Positions 59,454 through 64,000 of a stretch of 64,000 bases of DNA are shown piece after piece; positions within the stretch are counted from its first letter, which is position 1, and every line of letters begins with the position of its first letter. The DNA comes from an uncultured Mycoplasmatota bacterium (GTDB lineage: Bacteria > Bacillota_I > Bacilli_A > RF39 > UBA660): contig CAOKAG010000001.1 of NCBI GenBank assembly GCA_948466395.1, forward strand, positions 14,584 through 78,583, given 5' to 3'. The translations under genes and the position numbers were made by a program. The notes under the pieces were generated by a model that saw nothing but the letters and a program-made list of their open reading frames with translations, was not told the origin of the DNA and made no database searches.

Positions 59454-59834
59454 TTATTTCATGATTTCATATTCTAACGATTCTGCATCGGTTAAGTCCT
59501 CTGCATAAGTAATTTCAATTTTTTTACTTTCTTTGCTTTTTAATTTTTCTCCTAAAAAAGCTTTTAACGTGACGATTTCATTTTTATCTTTGTCATATAT
59601 ATGGGCTTTTAACTCTGTGATGTTTCTGTCTTCGTTTGATTGATTTGTTATCTCTACTCGTAAGGTACTTATGCCCTCTTTATATTGCAAGGAAGTGTTT
59701 GTAAATTTTAAATCTTCAATGGTTTGATCTTTAATTATGTTGGCATTGGTATTGGTTTTATAGCCTTTTTGTTCTTCTAATTTAGAATCGTTCTTTTTTA
59801 AAAGAAAACCTAAAATTAAAATTAATACTACCAC
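59454..59834 (-). CDS. Small membrane-anchored/secreted hypothetical protein (GTG start, or a frameshifted longer form)
   Basis: Hydrophobic N-terminus followed by a hydrophilic beta-rich domain. Confidence 0.4.
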   Translation of the reverse strand: MVVLILILGFLLKKNDSKLEEQKGYKTNTNANIIKDQTIEDLKFTNTSLQYKEGISTLRVEITNQSNEDRNITELKAHIYDKDKNEIVTLKAFLGEKLKSKESKKIEITYAEDLTDAESLEYEIMK

Positions 59835-59966
59835 GCCTAGTAAAACTATACCTATTATTATGAGTTTGTTTTTATTTTTTTCTCTTCCATTTTTATTCCT
59901 ACCTTTACTATCTTATAGCTTAATTATAAAATACTTCTATTTTTTTAGCAATATAAAAAGAAGAAT

Positions 59967-61214
59967 CTATTCTCCTTTTACAATGTTAATGGCATTACGC
60001 ATTTTAATGTCGTATTTGATGGTTTCTAATCCACCATAAACTTTTAAAAGTTCATCTTTACTGATTCCATAATTGGTAGCCATTTCTTCTGATTGTTTTT
60101 CTGCTTCTTCATCACTTACTTCTATTTTTTCTACTTCAGCTACTTTTTCTAATAAATAACGGTATTTGATTCTTTTTGTTGCTTCAGGTTCCATTTGTTT
60201 ATGTAAGTCTTCATGCGTTAAACCACTAAATTTATAATAATCCTCAATTTTTAATCCTTGTCTTTTTAATTGGTCTTCAAATTGATGAATCATGCGATGA
60301 ATTTCTTCATCCAAAATTTCTTCGTTAATATCAATTGTCATATTTTCACTGGCTTTTGTTAAACAGTCTTCAATGTATTTATCTTCGACTTCAGCTTCTT
60401 TGTTTTTCTTTAAACTTTCTTCAATTTTAGCTTCTAACTCTTTTTCAGTTTTAATGTCTTCGTAACCTAGATCTAAATAAAAATCTTCATTTAATTCAGG
60501 TAAGATTCTCGTTTTAATTTCATTAATTTTTACTTTGAATAAAACGTCTTTGTTTTTTAAATCTTCGGTATAATTTTCAGGAAAAGTTAAATTCAGTTCT
60601 TTTTCATCGTTAACTTTTAAGCCAATTAGTCCTTCTTCAAATCCTGGAATAAATGTATGACTTCCGATTTCAAGAGGATAATTTTCTCCACTTCCACCAT
60701 TTAATTCAACGCCATCGACAAAACCATTAAAATTGATTACCGCTGTATCCCCATTTTCAATGGCTCCTTCTACTTTTACTTTAATTTCAGCGTACTTGTT
60801 TCTTAATGCTTCTATTTCACTTTTAATTTCTTCTGGAGTAATCTTTATTTCTTCTTTTTTCACTTTTAAATTTTTGTATTCACCTAAAGTGACTTCAGGA
60901 GCGGTGATTAATGTAAATTCTAAAATACATTCGTTTTCATTAATCGTTTTTACATTTAAGTTAGGCTCACATGCAGGTGTGACTTTTGTTTCTTCTAAAA
61001 CTTTTTTATACCCCATGTCTACTACTTCATCCAAAGCCTCTTTATAAAGCACTTCCATTCCCATTTTTTTGATAAACATTTCTTTTGGAACGCTTCCTTT
61101 TCTAAAACCATCAATTTTAACGTTTTTGCTTTGCTTTTTAAAAGATTTATCTAAAGCTTTTTGCCATTCTTCCCCTTCAATTTTTATTTCCTTTACGATT
61201 ACATTTTTTTTCAT
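59967..61214 (-). CDS. tig: Trigger factor
   Basis: Ribosome-binding GFRKGSVP motif (TF signature) plus FKBP-type PPIase domain. Confidence 0.95.
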   Translation of the reverse strand: MKKNVIVKEIKIEGEEWQKALDKSFKKQSKNVKIDGFRKGSVPKEMFIKKMGMEVLYKEALDEVVDMGYKKVLEETKVTPACEPNLNVKTINENECILEFTLITAPEVTLGEYKNLKVKKEEIKITPEEIKSEIEALRNKYAEIKVKVEGAIENGDTAVINFNGFVDGVELNGGSGENYPLEIGSHTFIPGFEEGLIGLKVNDEKELNLTFPENYTEDLKNKDVLFKVKINEIKTRILPELNEDFYLDLGYEDIKTEKELEAKIEESLKKNKEAEVEDKYIEDCLTKASENMTIDINEEILDEEIHRMIHQFEDQLKRQGLKIEDYYKFSGLTHEDLHKQMEPEATKRIKYRYLLEKVAEVEKIEVSDEEAEKQSEEMATNYGISKDELLKVYGGLETIKYDIKMRNAINIVKGE

Positions 61215-61275
61215 AATACTCTCCTTAATCCGAATTTATTATACCTAAGTAATAATAAAAAAGCAAATGAATTGC

Positions 61276-61743
61276 TTATTCTATATTGGCTACTAAAATA
61301 GTAAAGTTTCCATTTGGAGAAGCCACTTCCACTTTTTCGCCTTTTTTGTGTCCTAAAATTGCTTTGCCAATTGGACTTTCGTTTGAAATTTTATTAGCAA
61401 AAGGGTCGGCTTCTAATGAACCTACGATTTTGTATTTTTCGCTTTCTCCATCTTCATAAGTTATCGTTACTGTGTTGCCTACGTTTACTGCATCTTTGTT
61501 GCTTGCATCCGCAATGATACTATGTTCTAATTTAAATTCTAATTCTTTAATTCTTGCCTCTACTTGACCTTGTTCATTACGAGCGGCATCGTAGTCAGAA
61601 TTTTCTGATAAATCTCCTAGAGCTCGAGCTTCTTTTAAGGCTTTAATTACTTCAGGTCTTCTTTTTGTTTTTAATTCATTTAATTCTGTTTCTAATTCTA
61701 AATAGCCTTCAGCTGTAAGCATAATATTATCAATTTGTTTCAT
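61276..61743 (-). CDS. greA: Transcription elongation factor GreA
   Basis: N-terminal coiled coil with a DLSENSDYDAAR-type acidic tip; C-terminal FKBP-like domain; start set at MKQ after a GAAGGTGGA RBS. Confidence 0.95.
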   Translation of the reverse strand: MKQIDNIMLTAEGYLELETELNELKTKRRPEVIKALKEARALGDLSENSDYDAARNEQGQVEARIKELEFKLEHSIIADASNKDAVNVGNTVTITYEDGESEKYKIVGSLEADPFANKISNESPIGKAILGHKKGEKVEVASPNGNFTILVANIE

Positions 61744-61781
61744 AAAAAATTCCACCTTCTAAAAAATACCAATTAAGGATA

Positions 61782-62981
61782 CTATAAAAAGTTTTGTTTG
61801 TCAAATACTTTTAATCGCATCATATCGTATTTATTTACTTTCTGTTTTATTTCCAATTTTACAATCATTTGAGGGTGATTGGCCACCTCGATTTCTTCCA
61901 TTTTTTCATTGTATATTTTATTCACTTTATAAGAAAAGGTTTCTATTTTTGGACCAAAAAACTCGACTTCTGTTCCTTTTTCAAAGTAGTTTCTTTGTTC
62001 TAGTGTTACAATGTTTGTTTCTTCATCGTAATCTAAAACCATTCCTAAAAAGTCTTGATTACTGACTTCATCTCTTCCTAAAAAGTATTGTTCTTCATTT
62101 GTCGGAAGTTTATTAATAAATTGAGGCGTCGATTCTCTATTGGCACAACGATTTAAAATACTTAAGTAGTACTTTACTTCTTGTTGGGTTAAGGTCTTCT
62201 CTTGTATTTGATCAATTAGTCTTCGATAGACTAAAATAACCGTTGCAATGTAATAAATTCCACGCATTCTTCCTTCAACTTTAAATGAGTTCACGCCAAC
62301 GTTTATCATCTTTTCTATATATTCAACTAAGTTTAAATCTTTTGGAGTCATACTAAAAGGAACCGTACTTTCGGGGTAATCGAATGTCCAACGACAAATT
62401 TGGGCGCATCCTCCTCGATTGGAATCCCGATTTGTACAATAATTAGAAAGAACGCAACGACCAGAAAAACTGGTGCACATGGCTCCATGAATGAAACATT
62501 CTAACTCTAGTCCTGTCTTTTTTTTAATGTCCTCAATATCACTTAAAGAGGCTTCTCTAGCTAAAACAATCCGCGTGACACCTAACTTTTTGTAAAATAG
62601 AGCGGCTTCTGTATTTAAGACACTTGCTTGTGTTGAGATATGCACCTCAAAGGAACAGTTTAAACTTTTGGCTATTTTTATGACATGAATGTCGCTTGCA
62701 ATAATGGCATCAATGCCTATTTCACTTAAATTTAATAAATACGCTTCTAAGCCTTCTAGTTCTTCTTCATGAAAAATAATATTTACAGTAATGTAAATTC
62801 TTTTGTTTAAGTCATGAGCAATTTTTGTCGCCTCTTTTATTTCCTCTAAGGTCAGATTGTTGGCATTGGCACGCAGACCAAATTTTTTTCCAGAGCAATA
62901 GACGGCATCGGCACCATATAAATAAGCAAACTTTAATTTTTCAATGTCTCCAGCTGGAGCTAATAATTCTACTTTTGGCAT
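61782..62981 (-). CDS. U32-family peptidase (YrrO/TrhP-like, tRNA ho5U-associated)
   Basis: MPKVELLAPAG... U32 N-terminus and conserved Cys/E..GADA pattern; gene order yrrM-yrrN-yrrO as in B. subtilis. Confidence 0.85.
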   Translation of the reverse strand: MPKVELLAPAGDIEKLKFAYLYGADAVYCSGKKFGLRANANNLTLEEIKEATKIAHDLNKRIYITVNIIFHEEELEGLEAYLLNLSEIGIDAIIASDIHVIKIAKSLNCSFEVHISTQASVLNTEAALFYKKLGVTRIVLAREASLSDIEDIKKKTGLELECFIHGAMCTSFSGRCVLSNYCTNRDSNRGGCAQICRWTFDYPESTVPFSMTPKDLNLVEYIEKMINVGVNSFKVEGRMRGIYYIATVILVYRRLIDQIQEKTLTQQEVKYYLSILNRCANRESTPQFINKLPTNEEQYFLGRDEVSNQDFLGMVLDYDEETNIVTLEQRNYFEKGTEVEFFGPKIETFSYKVNKIYNEKMEEIEVANHPQMIVKLEIKQKVNKYDMMRLKVFDKQNFL

Positions 62982-63778
62982 TCGTTCATCTCTTTCAAAC
63001 GGTAATAGGTTTTTTTATTTAAAAAGCCTGACTCGGTTTTTTCCATTTTTTCGTTATTGATTATTTTTTCAATGTCCTCTTGAGTTAAATTTAAACCATT
63101 GATGTAATAAAATCCAATTTTTTCGTGTTTTATTTGACGGTAGTCAATGTATTGATCTTTATAAAATGCGGTTCCATATTCATTTTCAACGACACGAAAA
63201 GCAGTGTTAGAAATCCCTTCATAGAGCACTTGTTCCTTCTTTAACTCTAAATCAAATTCAGTTTGAAAATTGGTTAATAATGGTCGTCTGGAACACATGA
63301 CTTCTACCAGTCCAAAACAAGGCAACACCAAAGGTTTTTCAGCTTCTTCTAAAATGATGCGAATTTCTTCTTCTGTAAGATCGGTGCTGATTAAAACACT
63401 GTCTACGTATTCTAAATAATCGTTAATCGAAGCTTTATTAGTTGTGTTATGGTTGTTCATATAAATTAATTGGAGAGGAAGATTTAATTCTTTTACTACG
63501 GTAATTACTCCTAGATCATTAAAACAAATTCCAATAATATTTTCATTTAACTGTTTTAGTTCTTCTTTTAAGCTTAAAATACTTTCTTTATCTAATATTC
63601 GATTGATATAAATGTAAGCATTTTCTTTTTTTATTTCTGATAGTTTAAAGACATCTTTAAAGCCTATACTTAAGCCTTCTATAGGAAAAAGAAAGTTAAG
63701 GTTCTTAACTTTCAAATTTAATAAATCATTTGTAACAGCAAGTAAATACTTATTTGTCATTTTTTCTTTTGCTAACAC
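62969..63778 (-). CDS. U32-family peptidase (YrrN-like)
   Basis: U32 TIM-barrel-like region; paired with the downstream U32 gene. Confidence 0.75.
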   Translation of the reverse strand: MLAKEKMTNKYLLAVTNDLLNLKVKNLNFLFPIEGLSIGFKDVFKLSEIKKENAYIYINRILDKESILSLKEELKQLNENIIGICFNDLGVITVVKELNLPLQLIYMNNHNTTNKASINDYLEYVDSVLISTDLTEEEIRIILEEAEKPLVLPCFGLVEVMCSRRPLLTNFQTEFDLELKKEQVLYEGISNTAFRVVENEYGTAFYKDQYIDYRQIKHEKIGFYYINGLNLTQEDIEKIINNEKMEKTESGFLNKKTYYRLKEMNECQK

Positions 63779-64000
63779 TTATTCCATCACCTATATCAAT
63801 AAATTCTGTGTCAAATTCTTCATTTTCTTTTAAAAATTCAATATAACTTTCTATTTTATCTACTATTCCTCTTAAGTTTTTACTATCAATCGTTTCTTTT
63901 TTTCCTACATAACCATGAAATTTTAAATTATCCGTAATAATCACGCCACCTTCTGCTAAAAAGAATTTAAATTTTTCAAAAAACTTTTTATATTGACCTT
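63750..64000 (-). CDS. C-terminal part of an O-methyltransferase (YrrM/TrmR-like, class I SAM MTase). Partial: it continues past the window end.
   Basis: ...VSKRKNDKMIITDNLKFHGYVG resembles the C-terminus of caffeoyl-CoA-OMT-like TrmR (VLV.DN.LW.G.V); the reading frame is open to position 64000. Confidence 0.55.
   Translation of the reverse strand, partial: GQYKKFFEKFKFFLAEGGVIITDNLKFHGYVGKKETIDSKNLRGIVDKIESYIEFLKENEEFDTEFIDIGDGISVSKRKNDK

Noticed and set aside
1-64000. CRISPR arrays, tRNA/rRNA genes, group II introns
   Set aside because: No regularly spaced short direct repeats were seen anywhere, no GGTTCGAATCC-type T-arm or tRNA cloverleaf candidates were found in intergenic regions, and no reverse-transcriptase ORF is present.

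Overview
This is an AT-rich, low-GC Firmicutes chromosomal segment using the standard genetic code: TGG encodes Trp in the long housekeeping ORFs. The gene content is Erysipelotrichia/Clostridia-like with sporulation-type genes: SpoVID-like, YlbJ-like, YlbL/SepM, YlbD/YlbE, TasA-like, CotS-like. Almost everything is on the minus strand. About 54 kb is ordinary housekeeping. It includes rplS-lepB-comEB, the dcw head (mraZ-rsmH-ftsL-pbp2B), yceD-rpmF, divergent tmcAL, fpg, polA, efp and rpmG. It also includes a class B PBP, nfo, parE-parC, lon, tig, greA and two U32 peptidases followed by a partial trmR. The left ~6 kb is accessory. It carries an element-type ParA/ParB pair at the window edge, then a cassette-like array in which different cargo genes sit between the same two ~230-bp flanking sequences. 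The cargo genes are an SLOG/nucleoside-2-deoxyribosyltransferase-like gene, a RhuM gene killed by an in-frame TGA, and an ornithine-cyclodeaminase-family gene. Directly downstream of rplS-lepB-comEB, co-oriented and tightly packed, is an unusual run of genes. It comprises an HhH protein, two divergent UDG-superfamily proteins, a DUF5680-like protein, a Qng1/DUF2419-like queuosine-salvage hydrolase, a DUF3841-like protein and a 147-aa unknown. I consider this run and the cassette array the best candidates for something undescribed. Further oddities are a five-gene overlapped cluster of unknowns after pbp2B that includes a CYTH protein, a HEXXH protein, a DUF1292 protein and a 634-aa protein. 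A frameshifted 254-codon ORF lies stop-to-stop with an ABC exporter whose ATPase motifs are degenerate. There is a frameshifted Rpn/YhgA-type nuclease gene next to an orphan histidine-kinase/receiver pair, and pilin-like genes are scattered without an assembly ATPase. I found no CRISPR array, tRNA or rRNA.
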